This document shows, piece after piece, positions 12,925 through 24,745 of a stretch of DNA of 64,000 nucleotides. The DNA comes from Octopus sinensis. Lineage: Eukaryota. Position 1 is the first letter of the stretch; each line of letters opens with the position of its first letter. Under the pieces are notes generated by a model. It had not been told where the DNA came from and ran no database searches. It was given only the letters and a program-made list of their open reading frames with translations. The stretch covers positions 35,960,001 to 36,024,000 of the forward strand of contig NC_043004.1 in NCBI RefSeq assembly GCF_006345805.1, given 5' to 3'. The translations under genes and the position numbers were made by a program.

Positions 12925-13170
12925 GAGGCATGTGGCTTAGGGGTTAGGGCGTTGGACTCAGGATTGTAAGATGGTAGTTTCAATTCCTGGTCCAAGCGAT
13001 GCATTGTGTTCTTGAGCAAAACTCTTCATTTCCCAATGCTCCAGTCCACTCAGCTAGCAAAAGTGAGAAATCCTGTGACAGACTGGCATCCCATCCCGGT
13101 GGGGAATCAATATGCCATTGAAACCAGGAAACCTGACCCTCATGAGCCTGGCATGGATCGAGAAGGAAAT
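12925..13170 (+). mobile_element. tRNA-derived CORE-like SINE
   Basis: A box TGGCTTAGGGG, B-box-like GTTTCAATTCC, TTGTGTTCTTGAGCAAAAC core; paralog at 27503-27755. Confidence 0.8.
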
Positions 13171-13199
13171 ATTTATTTTTTCATTTATATATTTATGCC

Positions 13200-13236
<37 letters not shown>

Positions 13237-13329
13237 CTGTTGCTATACAGCTGTGCTTGTCCCCAACTGAATGAAAGGATGGTGGTGGTGATATTACTTG
13301 CTGACATTCTGATCAGTTTCTCTGTACGT

Positions 13330-13980
13330 TTAAAAAAGTTAGTGATAGATAAATGGCTTGTGAGGGCAAAAAATGTTTCGTTCAAAGGAACAATCAACCG
13401 TATGTGAGTCAGTTTATAAGTTGTGTATTGAATTTAGCAATCAGGCAGGTAGGTGTTCATCAAGATTTAGTTCTCTGCTCCATCCTGTTGAATTCATTTC
13501 TGTGGGTCATAACTGAGAAATTTAAATCTATCTGTCTATGAGAACTCCTGTATTTTAATGGACAAGTTCTTACAGAAGATCCTGCAGAAAATTTAGAAAA
13601 GTGATTCCAAACATGGAAGCCAAACCTAGAATTCAAAGACCTTGGAGTAAAATTAGGAAAGACCAAAGATTTAGTAAATAGGGAAGAATATAGAATCTAC
13701 AACCAACAAGCAAATAGCAGGGCTTGATATGACAGAAAGGAATTAGGTAGAAATGCTATACTCTTTATGGCATTTCTACTTAATCTTGTAATCTATGAGT
13801 ACATGATTTGGTAGAATGGTAAGATAGAATGTTTAATGTGATTGATCTAAAGCATAAAAATGATGCATTGAGTGTCACAAGGAGACTAGCAGGGAAGATA
13901 ACCTTCAAATGTGACAAATGTAGAGAAGAAATTAGCAGTTCGAACACACAAAATAACAGTTTGTGATGATTTTTCAGCTC
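13330..13980 (+). mobile_element. Decayed RTE RT fragment
   Basis: GVHQDLVLCSILL...ITEKFKSICL*ELLY aligns by eye to GVHQGSVLSPLLF...ITEEFKTGCPWELL at ~47300. Confidence 0.75.
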
Positions 13981-13994
13981 CAATAAAACATTAT

Positions 13995-14375
13995 ATTTTA
14001 CTTGTTTCAGTCATTGGACTGTCGCCATGCTGAAGCAGTGCCTTGAAGGATTTACTCAAATAAATTGATAACAGTATATATTTATTATTCTATCAGTCTT
14101 TTTTGCCAAACCACAAAGTTACAGGGACATAAACAAACCAATACCAGTTATTCAGTGTAGTGGAGTGACAAACATCAATACACACGCACACACATATATA
14201 TATACTTATGGCAGGCTTACACGTAGTTTCTGTCTACCAAATTTACTTGCAAGGGAGTGATTGGCTTGGGGCCAGTAGAAGACACTTGCCCAAGGTGTCA
14301 TAAAGTGGGATAGAACCTGAAACAATATGATTGCAAAGCAAGCTTCTAAACTGCACAGCCATGCTTGCATCTATT
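13995..14375 (-). mobile_element. ~380-bp tRNA/CORE SINE with internal (TA)/(TG) tract
   Basis: Tail TTTACTTGTTTCAGTCATTGGACTG..GCCATGCTG and head GCACAGCCATGC; same architecture as 24368-24745. Confidence 0.75.
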
Positions 14376-15081
14376 TCGTGTGTGTGTGTGTGTGATATAC
14401 TTTATGCGTGTAAATATACATTTGTATATATACACACACATGAACATATAAACATGTGTTTGAGATGTTTATCTTTAATAAATATCTTTTGAATTCATGA
14501 TTATGTTCCTGTTTTACCATTTTTGTTTTTCATATTTCCTTCCTTGTCCTTTATGTTTTGTCATGAAATTCACAAATTTCATGTTTATATCTGCAACTGT
14601 AAATAATATCATTCTTCAGTTTATTATTGAAAAGCTGGCAGACTTATGGTTTGTTATTAACAAAGAAATGCTTAATTAATTAATTTTTCTTACTAATATG
14701 TTATTGAATTTCGCTTATGATGGAATGAATGTTGGAGTTCTATTTTTGATGTGTGTTTGACTGTGAAATACATGCATGGATTCAGCTCAATGGTTTAGCA
14801 CCAGAACAGCTTTGACTTAGCTGACCTATAATCAGAAATATTCCATCTATGATGACCCCTTCTTTTATTAGGCACCAAGTATCTATGGTATCCAATGCAG
14901 CCTTGATATTAGTTTGTTTCAGATAGTTGTGTAAGATTTAACCTGTTCTTTAACCATATTTCTGTTGGAATACATTACTTTTGTTTCATACAGTTCCATA
15001 ATTAAGAGATGAAGAATTATGTACATTATTTACAATTGATGGATATTTGTCCTCATCTTAACAAGTTTCAGCTGATATACC

Positions 15082-15316
15082 TATTTCTTTATTACCCACA
15101 AGGGGCTAAACATAGAGGGGACAAACAAGGACAGACACACGGATTAAGTCGATTACATCGACCCCAGTGAGTAACTGGTGCTTATTTAATCGACCCCAAA
15201 AGGATGAAAGGCAAAGTCGACCTCGGCGGAATTTGAACTCAGAACATAACGGCAGACGAAATACGGCTACGCATTTCGCCCGGCGTGCTAAAGTTTCTGC
15301 CAGCTCGCCGCCTTAT
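15082..15316 (-). mobile_element. Full-length Meta-like tRNA SINE with 11-bp TSD
   Basis: GCTGATATACC at 15071-15081 and 15317-15327 flanks the SINE, which splits the left-arm hammerhead. Confidence 0.9.
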
Positions 15317-15599
15317 GCTGATATACCCTCCAGCCTTCATCAGGTGTCTTGGGGGAAATTTCAAACCTGGATTCTCATTCCTAAGGTATTTTTTGATGTT
15401 GTTGTTGTTGTTGTTATAATTATTATTATTATTATTATCATTATTATTATTATTATTATTCAGGTCTCTGCCTGAAATCGAACTTGAAATCTTGGGGTTA
15501 GTCACCCGTGCTCTTAACCACTACGCCATATGCCCACGGGTATATGGCATAGTGGTTCGATTCCAGGCAGTGACCTGAATAATAATAAAAATAATAATT

Positions 15600-15630
<31 letters not shown>

Positions 15631-15685
15631 CGACAACATCGAAAAATATCTTAGGAATGAGAACCCAGGTTCAAAATTTCCCTAA

Positions 15686-15731
15686 GACACCTGATGAAGG
15701 CTGGAAAGTATATCAGCCAAAACATTGTGTT
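15686..15731 (+). ncRNA. Type I hammerhead motif, core mutated (GAAA to AAAA)
   Basis: GACAC CTGATGA A GGCTG..CAGCC AAAA CATT GTGTT; perfect 5-bp stem II, stem I pairs. Confidence 0.6.
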
Positions 15732-16249
15732 AACAACAAACAAGATGAGGACAAATATCCATCAAATGTAAATAATGTTTCAATTAATGAAGAATTTAGG
15801 AAAAAAAATAACTTTGTCATTATTAAGTTGGTGTTTGGAACTTGAATTAACATTTAATTTTGTTGGAAGATTTTAATTTAGATCATTTTAAAATGAAATT
15901 TTGGTATCATAAGACCAGAGCTAACCTCAGGAGGAGTGGCATCAAAAGAATTAAGGGGAATTTGGGTATTATATCTGGTAGATCAAGCAAAGTTTCTTTC
16001 ATTGATTTGCTGTAGTTTTAATATTGTATTTATTTTATTTACTGCTTTATCTCATGTGTTGTTACATAATTTTGGTTTATAAAATTATTTCACTCTCCAT
16101 TACTGACAATCATTATTTTTATTCATTTTCATTTAGCCTTTTTTTTTTGAAATAGAAAATGCAAAAAGCCTCTTAAAAATCTCATGAAACAAAACCTAAC
16201 ATTTATTAGACCCAATCAAACTCACTGAAATTAAAAATATAATTAACAA

Positions 16250-16900
16250 TAAACCTGGAACATGCAAGCTGCTGAATAAACTTTAGACGTTTGACGTTAT
16301 TGATAAATTCAGATGCAAAACAGTGGAGTTTTAAACATCATGACTGTCATACAGGACATAGAGGTACCTTTTAACTGGCTGAGCATGCAAGCAGAAGACA
16401 GGCCCACTGCAGCGCATTACATAACATGATATAAAAAGAAACAAGTTAACAAAACGAAAACCATTATTTGGTAATAACTACTACATACAACATGGCGAAA
16501 AAAGATTAATAGTAAAAAGTAATGCAAATCTCACCACTCAGATATGGTACCCTAGCAATTATTGAACATAAACACACCATAATAGACTACATACTGACAA
16601 GTAATAAAACCATGTTTCAATAACCAGATAATTTAAATTTCAGAGATAATAAATGAGAAATATAGACAGCAGCTTTGACATGATTCTAGCAGACAATAAA
16701 ATTAGCAAAAATACCATCCACTAAAAATACTCTCATCCAGAAGACAGAATAGGAAATATCTTGAAGAGAAGGCAGGGATGTTCTTAAAATGTATTAATCT
16801 AAAGAAATTTGCATCGCACAAAGAAGAAAACATTTAAAAAATTGTTCAGAAAATAATGTTTAGGAAAACTTGTTTTGAGAAATACAAGCGTGAACTAAGA
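16250..16900 (+). mobile_element. Decayed LINE AP-endonuclease fragment
   Basis: Broken translation ..IWYP..HTIIDYILT.. resembles the APE C-terminal motif (TW...IDYIL). Confidence 0.35.
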
Positions 16901-17352
16901 TACCCACCATCCATTGATCACTGTGAAAAAAGTTACCATCGATCAAATTGACCCCAGTGATTTACTGGTACGTATTTTATCGATGGAAGGAAACGCAAAG
17001 TTAATCTCAGCTGTACTCATAAAGAGACATGACTAAAATCACAAAATATTTTGAATGTAGCTCTGTTAATTCAGTCATTCAGTGGCACCCACCTCGTGAA
17101 TGGTCTTTAAATATTAAACATAAACATTTGGGTGCATATTTTAGTGAGAGAACAACAGGAAAACCTTAGATCTGGTATTGTAATTATCTTCTTAATAGAG
17201 AGAAATCAATGGATGTAGGCCACAATTTTACATCAATGTTGCTGAAATTTTTACAAAGGTACATCATTGTAAGAACATGAGAGTCTATAACCTTTCCTTA
17301 AAACAATTATTAATGAATATAATTATTTTTAAACTTATCAGACAAATTGTAT

Positions 17353-18245
17353 TCATCATCATCATCATCGTTTAACGTCCGTTTTCCGTGCTAGCACGGG
17401 TTGGACGGTTCGACCGGGGTCTGGGAAGCCAGGGGCCGCTCCAGGCTCCAGTCTGATCTGGCAGAGTTTCTACGGCTGGATGCCCTTCATAACGCCAGCC
17501 ACTCCGCGAGTGGAGTGGGTGCTTTTTACGTGCCACCTGCACAGGGGCCGGGGGGGGTCCAGCATCGGTCACGATCGGTTCGAGCTTTTAACGTGCCAGT
17601 GGCACGGGAGCCAGCCAAGGCGGTGCTGGCAACGTTCGGATGGTCTTACCGGCACAGAGGCCAGTCGGGGCAGCGCTGGCATCGGCCACGTTCGGATAGT
17701 ACTTTTTATGTGCCACCGGCACAGGCATCATAACTCCTATTTCCATTGATATTTATTTCGACGTTCATGTTCATGTACTTGACTCAACAGGTCTCCTCAG
17801 GCACAGCAGGACGATCTGGGATCCGGGGTACTTTGAATGGGCAGGGGCTATGTGGAACTGATGCAGGAAGCAGCCCGGGTCTTTGCAGTCACAGCATATC
17901 TCCAGAGATCTCGGTCCTTCGCCATTGCCTCAGTGAGGCCCAATGCTCTGAGGTCATGCTTGACTACCTCATCCCATGTCTTCCTGGGTCTACCTCTCCC
18001 GCTGATACCTTCAACTGTTTGGGAGTGGCACTTCTTCACACATCTCTCTTCATCCATCCGCAGCACATGACCATACCATCGCAAGCATCGCTCTTGCACA
18101 CCACATCTGATGCTTCTTATATCCAGCATTTCTCTCAGGATGCTTACACTCTGTCATGCGTGCACATTGACACTACACATCCAGCGGATCATGCTAGCTT
18201 CATTTCTTTCAAGTCTACGCATGTCCTCTGCAGTCACAGCCCATG
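17353..18245 (-). mobile_element. RTE LINE 3' fragment (ORF end + 3' UTR + (GAT)n)
   Basis: ORF 17848-18129 VQERCLRWYGHVLRM...GRGRPRKTWDEVVKHDLRALGL is homologous to 48099-48358. Confidence 0.9.
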
Positions 18246-18564
18246 TTTCATTACTGTGAAGCATGGCAGTTCGCACACGTATTATGCATTGATATTTATT
18301 GTTAATTTTAAATGTAAGTATATGAAATACAAACTGAATGGAAAAACAACTCCAGCCAATTGTATTGTGTAATGGTGCTCACTATATTCTCAATATCACA
18401 TGGACAGATGTTTGTAGCTATTTCATAATTAGATATTATTATTTTCTTAATTTAGACTACTTCTTAAAATTTTAAGTTTATTAAATAACTTAAAATATAA
18501 AACTAAATAAACTGAAATGAACTTTGTCAATTAATGTCTAAATGCAGCTGTGTAAATATATTAG

Positions 18565-18775
18565 TCTCAAATTTGGGCACAAGACCAGCAATTTCAGCAG
18601 AGGGGTAAGTTAATTACATTGACACCCACCCCCCAGTGCTCAACCCCGAAAGGATGAAAGGCAAAGTCGACCTTGACAGAATTTTAACTCAGAGCATAAA
18701 AAGACAGATGAAATGATGCAAAGTATCATGCTAATGATTCTGCCAGCTCATCGCCTTAGTGCTGTGTAAATAGAG
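18565..18775 (-). mobile_element. Meta-like tRNA SINE
   Basis: CCCCGAAAGGATGAAAGGCAAAGTCGACCTTGACAGAATTTTAACTCAGAG. Confidence 0.8.
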
Positions 18776-19082
18776 AAAATTGTTTCTGAATAAATATTTT
18801 CTTACAGTAAAAATCTATGCTAAATACTTGTCTGATCCTTTCACATTTTACATTGGTATTCATTGCATTCCTATTACTAACATCTTTTCAAAGTCTTGTC
18901 GAATTAAGTACCAGTTCAGAGCAAAAGAATTATGAGATATTCTAATCCTTCTTAGTTATGGAAGGAGAACCTAGAATTATTTCTAGGTCAAGAAGTAAAT
19001 TTATCAATAACAAATGTCTTAACAAGAAAGAATACAAAAGTCTCCTTCCGTATGTGAAATGACCATTCTCGGTGTGCAGAAA

Positions 19083-19440
19083 TCATCATCATCATTATCA
19101 TCATCATCATTTAACGTCTGCTTTCCATGCTAGCATGAGTTGGACGATTTGAGTGAGGACTGGCGAACCAGATGGCTGCATCAGGCTCCAATCTTGATCT
19201 GATAGAGTTTCTACAGCTGGATGCCCTTCCTAACACCAACCACTCCAAGAGTATAGTGGGTGCTTTTACATGCCACCGGCATGGGGGGCCAGTCAGGCGG
19301 TACTGGTAACGACCTCACTCAAATCTTTTTAAGGCGATGCTGGTAACAATCACACTCAAATGGTGTCTTTTACATTCCACCGGCATGGAGGCCAGATAGC
19401 TGCTCTGACAATGATCATGCTCAGATGGTGCTCTTAATAC
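19083..19440 (-). mobile_element. RTE LINE 3' end
   Basis: (CAT)n-TTTAACGTCTGCTTTCCATGCTAGCATG...CAGCTGGATGCCCTTCCTAAC. Confidence 0.85.
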
Positions 19441-19479
19441 CCTAGGTAGCTAAATATTTCTATTAAGTGAACCCTCTGT

Positions 19480-19990
19480 AAAACTATGGACACACAAGGA
19501 ATGTGGAGACATCACACACAGGTAACAGAGAATGGATTTCATACACAGCAAAAGTATAGGAGTACTTAGTAGCAGGAGCAGTCATGGAATATATACTTTC
19601 AGGTGTGAAGAAGGATCTGTTGATAGCATCTGGTACCTAGGAAACATCTATTATTAGAAGTGGAGGTTCCAAAAGTGTGGTTAAAATAAGAACAAGATAG
19701 TAGAATTGAGGAGTTATTTCCACAGCAGATAACAAATCGATTCTTTCTTCAAGTAAAAGGCAGACTGTTTGAAGTAAGGTAATGCATAATAGTAAAATAT
19801 AGGACTTGATTAAGGTATATGTACTGGCTTGAATGAAATGAGGCAAGCAGACCCTGCTGGATGTGCAAAGTTATTGTGGTTGAAGAACTTGGCAAAAGCG
19901 AGTGGAGAGAGAAACTGTATGTAAGAGGAATCAAATGAAATGTTCAAGAGAGACTTGATTGCACTGGTAGAGGTAACTGATGTATATAAT
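19480..19990 (+). mobile_element. Decayed RTE RT C-terminal fragment
   Basis: ..YLGNI..SGGSKSVV.. resembles RTE FRYLGD..SSGGGC.ESV; many stops. Confidence 0.55.
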
Positions 19991-20309
19991 GGATAACATT
20001 TGAAAAGAGAAATGCCAAGTGGGTGGAAGGAACTTGCAAAGGACAAAGAATTAAAGAAGACAGCAAAATTGGAGGCAGCTGGTTTCAGTTGGCTGAATGC
20101 TCACATGCATAAATCAGAAAGTGGTTACAGTTGGGGCATTTACAGCTGTGGTTGGCTTTTGTGTGAACAAAAATATATTCTGCTAGCATTCGTAATTAAA
20201 TTTTTCATCCTTAATTAATTGAAACTGAAATATCATTTTAAACATTGAAAGTGAAATAACTAATGTTTATATATATATATCTTTGTGAAAGCATGCTGGG
20301 CCCATAAAT

Positions 20310-20600
20310 GAGGGTGCATGACTTAGTGGTTAGGGTGTTGCCCTCACAAATGCTGGATTGTGATTTCAATTCTTAGGCCGGGTGGTGTGTTGTATTCTTG
20401 AGCAAAACACTTCATGTCACTATGATTACTGTGATCATGCTCTGTGATCCCTTTCACACCTGACACGTGGTACACCATGAACCTGTTCAGACAACGTCAA
20501 TTTGGTGGGGAGAGTGAGCTAATGTGCAACACAAACAATTGATCACAATAAATAAATCATTTGTGCAGCTCATTCAGCAAAAGCTGAATGCTCATACATC
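20310..20600 (+). mobile_element. tRNA-derived CORE-like SINE (second subfamily)
   Basis: TGACTTAGTGGTTAGGGTG head, TTCTTGAGCAAAACACTTCA core; related minus copy at ~55810-55940. Confidence 0.65.
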
Positions 20601-20630
20601 ATCTTTGATGGCAGAGTCCAGCATATAATA

Positions 20631-20665
<35 letters not shown>

Positions 20666-20806
20666 TATATATACATGTATATATATACATATATATATAT
20701 ACATATACATATATATATATATGCATATATATATATATATATATGCATATATATATATATATATGTATTTATATATATGCATATATATATGTATATATAT
20801 ATATAT

Positions 20807-21106
20807 GTGGAGACACAATGGCTCAGTGGTTAGGGCAGCAGACTCGCGGTCATAGGATCGCGGTTTCAATTCCCAGACCAAGCATTGTGAATATTTATTG
20901 ACCAAAAATACCTAAAGCTCCACGAGGCTCTGGCAGGGGGTGGCGATCCCTGCTGTACTCTTTCACCACAACTTTCTCTCACTCTTTCTTCTGTTGGCCT
21001 GCTCGCTTAGCCAGCGCTATGGCGCCATTTGAAGGCTAAAACAATGCAAAGTGCATTTTGACCAGCGATGTGTAGCAACATCTGATAGCCTAGTCGGTCA
21101 CAGTGA
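20807..21106 (+). mobile_element. tRNA-derived SINE inserted in (TA)n
   Basis: TGGCTCAGTGGTTAGGGCAGCAGACTCGCGGTCATAGGATCGCGGTTTCAATTCCC head; (TA)n on both sides. Confidence 0.8.
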
Positions 21107-21373
21107 TATATATATATATATATATATATATACTTTAGTATAAATAAATGTATCAATAACTATTTTTGTAGATTCTTAATGTCTTGATATTCAAAATATA
21201 GAAATCCCAACAAACAGTTTTTGAGATGCTTAGTAAAAGTTAAAGTGCTGTTCAAGGCAATCCATGTTTAAACAGTGTCTCAGCACTATCAGCAAATGTC
21301 CAAAAGATTTATTTGTCTATTCTCCAAAACAAAATTATTTTATTTAAAACTAAATAATCCTGTGTCCTGTCAG

Positions 21374-21439
21374 TGGCACCAAACATTATTCATGATCCAA
21401 GACAAACTTCTACCAACTCTGACTCGGTACCATGGGCAG
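21374..21439 (+). other. Candidate 66-nt exon
   Basis: Acceptor CCTGTGTCCTGTCAG, donor CAG|GTATCA (weak); phase 1 reads APNIIHDPRQTSTNSDSVPWA. Confidence 0.2.
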
Positions 21440-22880
21440 GTATCATTCGTTGTTCAAAAAATAACAAGAGAAATTATCGTCATTGGAATTGATGAAGGAT
21501 TCGCAAGAATTAAATACAAATTTTAAATCCTTTTTAATGGTATCGACAGAACATTGCTTGTAATAACCTGAAGCTAATGCTGAATTCTTGTTTCATATTA
21601 TGAAGTAGATTGAAAGGAAAATGGAAACTAATGGTGCCACTCATGATCAACATTTCCAGGTGTAGTGGTTCTTATCACCAAACAGTAATAGTTAACATAA
21701 TGGTTAAATTAAATGTATTATTAACATAATAGTCAATGAAATATTTGTGGTGGAAACAAAGTCCAGTTTTATAAACTGATATCCTAATAGTGTACTATAA
21801 GCTGAGCCATCATATTGTCCCCTACTATAGTCATAGTTTTGGGGGCATATAGGTTCCATCAGGCTGTGAAGATGCCAACGAATAGGAGATTTATTCTTTT
21901 GGTTAATAAACAATGGTCAAGTAAATCAGGTAAGAGACAATAAATTGAGAGGTCAGCTGTTCATATCATGCTAGTGGTAGTCTGTTCAGTAACAATTTTT
22001 ATGACATGTCAAAACTCATTCCACCCGATTGAAAGAATCAGAAAGTATGAGAAGAGGAAATCTATTCTCTGCTGTGACTAAGAGAAACAGTAACACTACT
22101 GTTTCAATGTATTTCAATACCGATTTCAATTCCATCTTTGGATATGGCCTGAGATATATATTTGTTCGTATTTAACATAGTAGTAGCTATGGTTTCCAAC
22201 CCATAGATAACAATGCAAAAAGATTTTGGAATTATAAAGGGAGGCAAAAAATTAAAAAATTAAAAAAACAGTAGAAATGAATAAGTTTCTCTTGGTGGAA
22301 ACCATAAACAACCTTCTTTAAAAAAATATTTTACAATGACTAGTCTCTGATGGTCAACAATCAATTAATACATGGTGAACATTCATTTTGTTGTTTTTTT
22401 TTAGGTTTTTCTTTCTTTTTTAATATTTTCAGCTAGAGAGAAAGAATTTGTATAATTGTTACGTATCTTAACCTTTGTTTTGTTTCATTGTGTTCTGAAG
22501 GAATGGCTTCTTTTCAATGTATTCTTTGGAAAATGGATATCACTTTGTGTCTTACAATGATTGTAGTAATTATTTCTTGCTTGATGTTGACTGTTCTGGC
22601 TGTTTGCTTTTTTTGTTTGTTTGTTTATTGTTTTGGTTATGCTTTCTGACTCACCCAGCTAATTGTAGGCTCTCGTCTCTCATACTCATGCTGCAATGAC
22701 ACTGATTGAACAATTTCACAGTTTTTGTTTGGTTTACAACTATGATAATATTGATTAATACTTGATCTTCATTGCTGATGCTTGCACATACACATACAGG
22801 AATATACATGAATACATACGTGCACAAATACACATAACATACATACATACATATGTAAATAAGCACATATACAAACACAA

Positions 22881-22917
<37 letters not shown>

Positions 22918-22922
<5 letters not shown>

Positions 22923-23216
22923 CATCCGAACGTGGCCGATGCCAGCGCCACCTTGACTGGCTTCAGTGCCGCTGGCATGTAAAAAGCACCAACCAATCGT
23001 GGCCATTGCCAGCCTCGCCTGGCACCTGTGCCAGTGGCATGTAAAAAAGCACCCACTAAACTCATGGAGTGGTTGGTGTTAGGAAGGGCATCCAGCTGTA
23101 GAAACACTGCCAGATCAAACTGGAGCCTGCTGCAGCCTTCTGGTTTCCCAGACCCCGGTCGAACTGTCCAACCCATGCTAGCATGGAAAACGGACGTTAA
23201 ACGATGATGATGATGC
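22918..23216 (+). mobile_element. RTE LINE 3' end
   Basis: GGTTGGTGTTAGGAAGGGCATCCAGCTGTAGAAAC...GCATGGAAAACGGACGTTAAAC(GAT)n. Confidence 0.85.
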
Positions 23217-24257
23217 ATATTGACACACACACATACACACACACATATGTATGGTGAATTTCAATTTGTATCTAAGGAAGACAATCATTGATTATTAAAA
23301 GAATTGTGCTTTTGATAGTGGCTCTTTAAGTCTGCTAGGATCCTACGTGTCTTCAGGCAGGCCTCACAAAGCTGTGCGCACATCCTTCAGCACTATCACT
23401 TTTTAGACAACAATCATTTTTGCAAAACTTGCTACATCAACTACTTTTTATCTAATCTTTTATGATGAACACATTGTCATCAATATTTTGCTTGACCTGA
23501 AGATTTCATTCTCTACATGCAAACCAAATCTTGAAACAACATCAAGACTCATAAATATCACAGACAAAATTTAATTTCTAGGATACAGTTTCCAAATTGA
23601 TCTGTTTGTTTTTAAACACATTATTTATATTCTACATGGAGAATACAACTTTTTCAAATACATGAGCACCATCCTTAACCAGTTTTCTCCAGAATGGTGA
23701 CAGTGGTGGAATTATGGTGACAGTGTGGGGAGATGGTAACAGTGTGGGAAATTAAGTCTTTGTCTGTTGAATGTTTTGTAAATCTTTTCAAGAATAAAAC
23801 TATAAAAGAATCATCCATTCATTAACATTAAAACTGTATAAATGATAAAATATGAAAACATTAAAATACTATGCATTTTTTCCTGTGAATAGACAAAAAT
23901 GCTTTTTTAATCTATGTATGGTGGTTAAATAGATGAATATGTGATGCATTGCTAATGGTATATTTTGTTGTTGTTTCTTTGTTTGTTGTTGATTTTATTT
24001 TATGTTGGTTTTTTTGTTTTGGAAACCAATCAAATCTTAAAGATTCTATGATGTGTTTATTAATATTTTTGCTTATATATTGTCCTGCTACTCCTTCAAT
24101 TGTTTATTAATTGGTAACTTGAAACTCAAAGCTATGATTCAAGGAAATTTCAGCTTCTAAAATAGTGTAAAGATCAGGAACATCAGGTTCTGAGTTCATC
24201 ATTTTTCATCTGCAATCACAAACATTCAATAATACATATTTTTATATATATACATGG

Positions 24258-24365
24258 ATATGGCACCTTGGCAAGTGTCTTCTACTACAGCCTTGAGTTA
24301 ACCAAAGCGTTGTGAGTCGATTTAGTAAACAGAGACTGAAAGAAACCTATCATACACACACACAT
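24258..24365 (+). mobile_element. CORE-like SINE fragment, inverted relative to 24580-24745
   Basis: TGGCACCTTGGCAAGTGTCTTCTACTACAGCC...GAGACTGAAAGAAACC. Confidence 0.75.
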
Positions 24366-24367
24366 AC

Positions 24368-24745
24368 ATTCTTTTCTTTTAATTGTTTCAGTCATTTGAC
24401 TGCAGCCATTTTGGAGCACCGCCTTTAGTTGAACAAATCGACCCCAGGACTTATTCTTTGTAAGCCTACTACTTATTCTATTTCCCAAACCACTAAGTTA
24501 CCAGGATGTAAACACACCGACATTGGTGGGGGGCACAAATATAGACACACAAACATATATATATATATATATATATATACAACGGGCTTCTTTCAGTTTC
24601 CATCTACCAAATCCACTCACAAGGCTTTGGTCTGCCCAAGGCTATAGTAGAAGACACTTGCTCAAGGTGCCATGCAGTTGGACTGAACCCGGAACTATGT
24701 AGTTGGTAAGCAAGCTACTTACGACACAGCCATTCCTGTGCCTAT
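24368..24745 (-). mobile_element. ~380-bp tRNA/CORE SINE with internal (TA)n
   Basis: Minus: TGGCTGTGTCGTAAG..CCGGGTTCAGTCC..GGCACCTTGAGCAAGTGTCTTC..(TA)n..CTGGGGTCGATTTG..GACTGAAACAATTAAAAG. Partial copies at ~25370-25530, ~27000-27090, ~30857-30920, ~31385-31530 and ~58545-58680. Confidence 0.85.

Larger units (their letters stand above)
14989..15778. mobile_element. Head-to-head palindromic element: tRNA-like head + (AAT)n + hammerhead-bearing tail on each arm
   Basis: Symmetry centre CATATGCCC-AC-GGGTATATG at 15536-15537; arms are reverse complements; possible 7-bp TSD TGTTTCA (14982-14988 / 15776-15782). Confidence 0.8.
14938..15954. mobile_element. TTAA-bounded piggyBac-type MITE, interrupted by the palindromic hammerhead element
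   Basis: TTAACC...TTTGTTTCA | insertion | ATTAATGAAGAATTTAG...GGCATCAAAAGAATTAA; uninterrupted relative at 34536-34740. Confidence 0.65.

Noticed and set aside
22501-22650. Hydrophobic mini-ORF (MASFQCILWKMDITLCLTMIVVIISCLMLTVLAVCFFC..) after an AG
   Set aside because: T-rich DNA yields hydrophobic peptides by chance; no other support.
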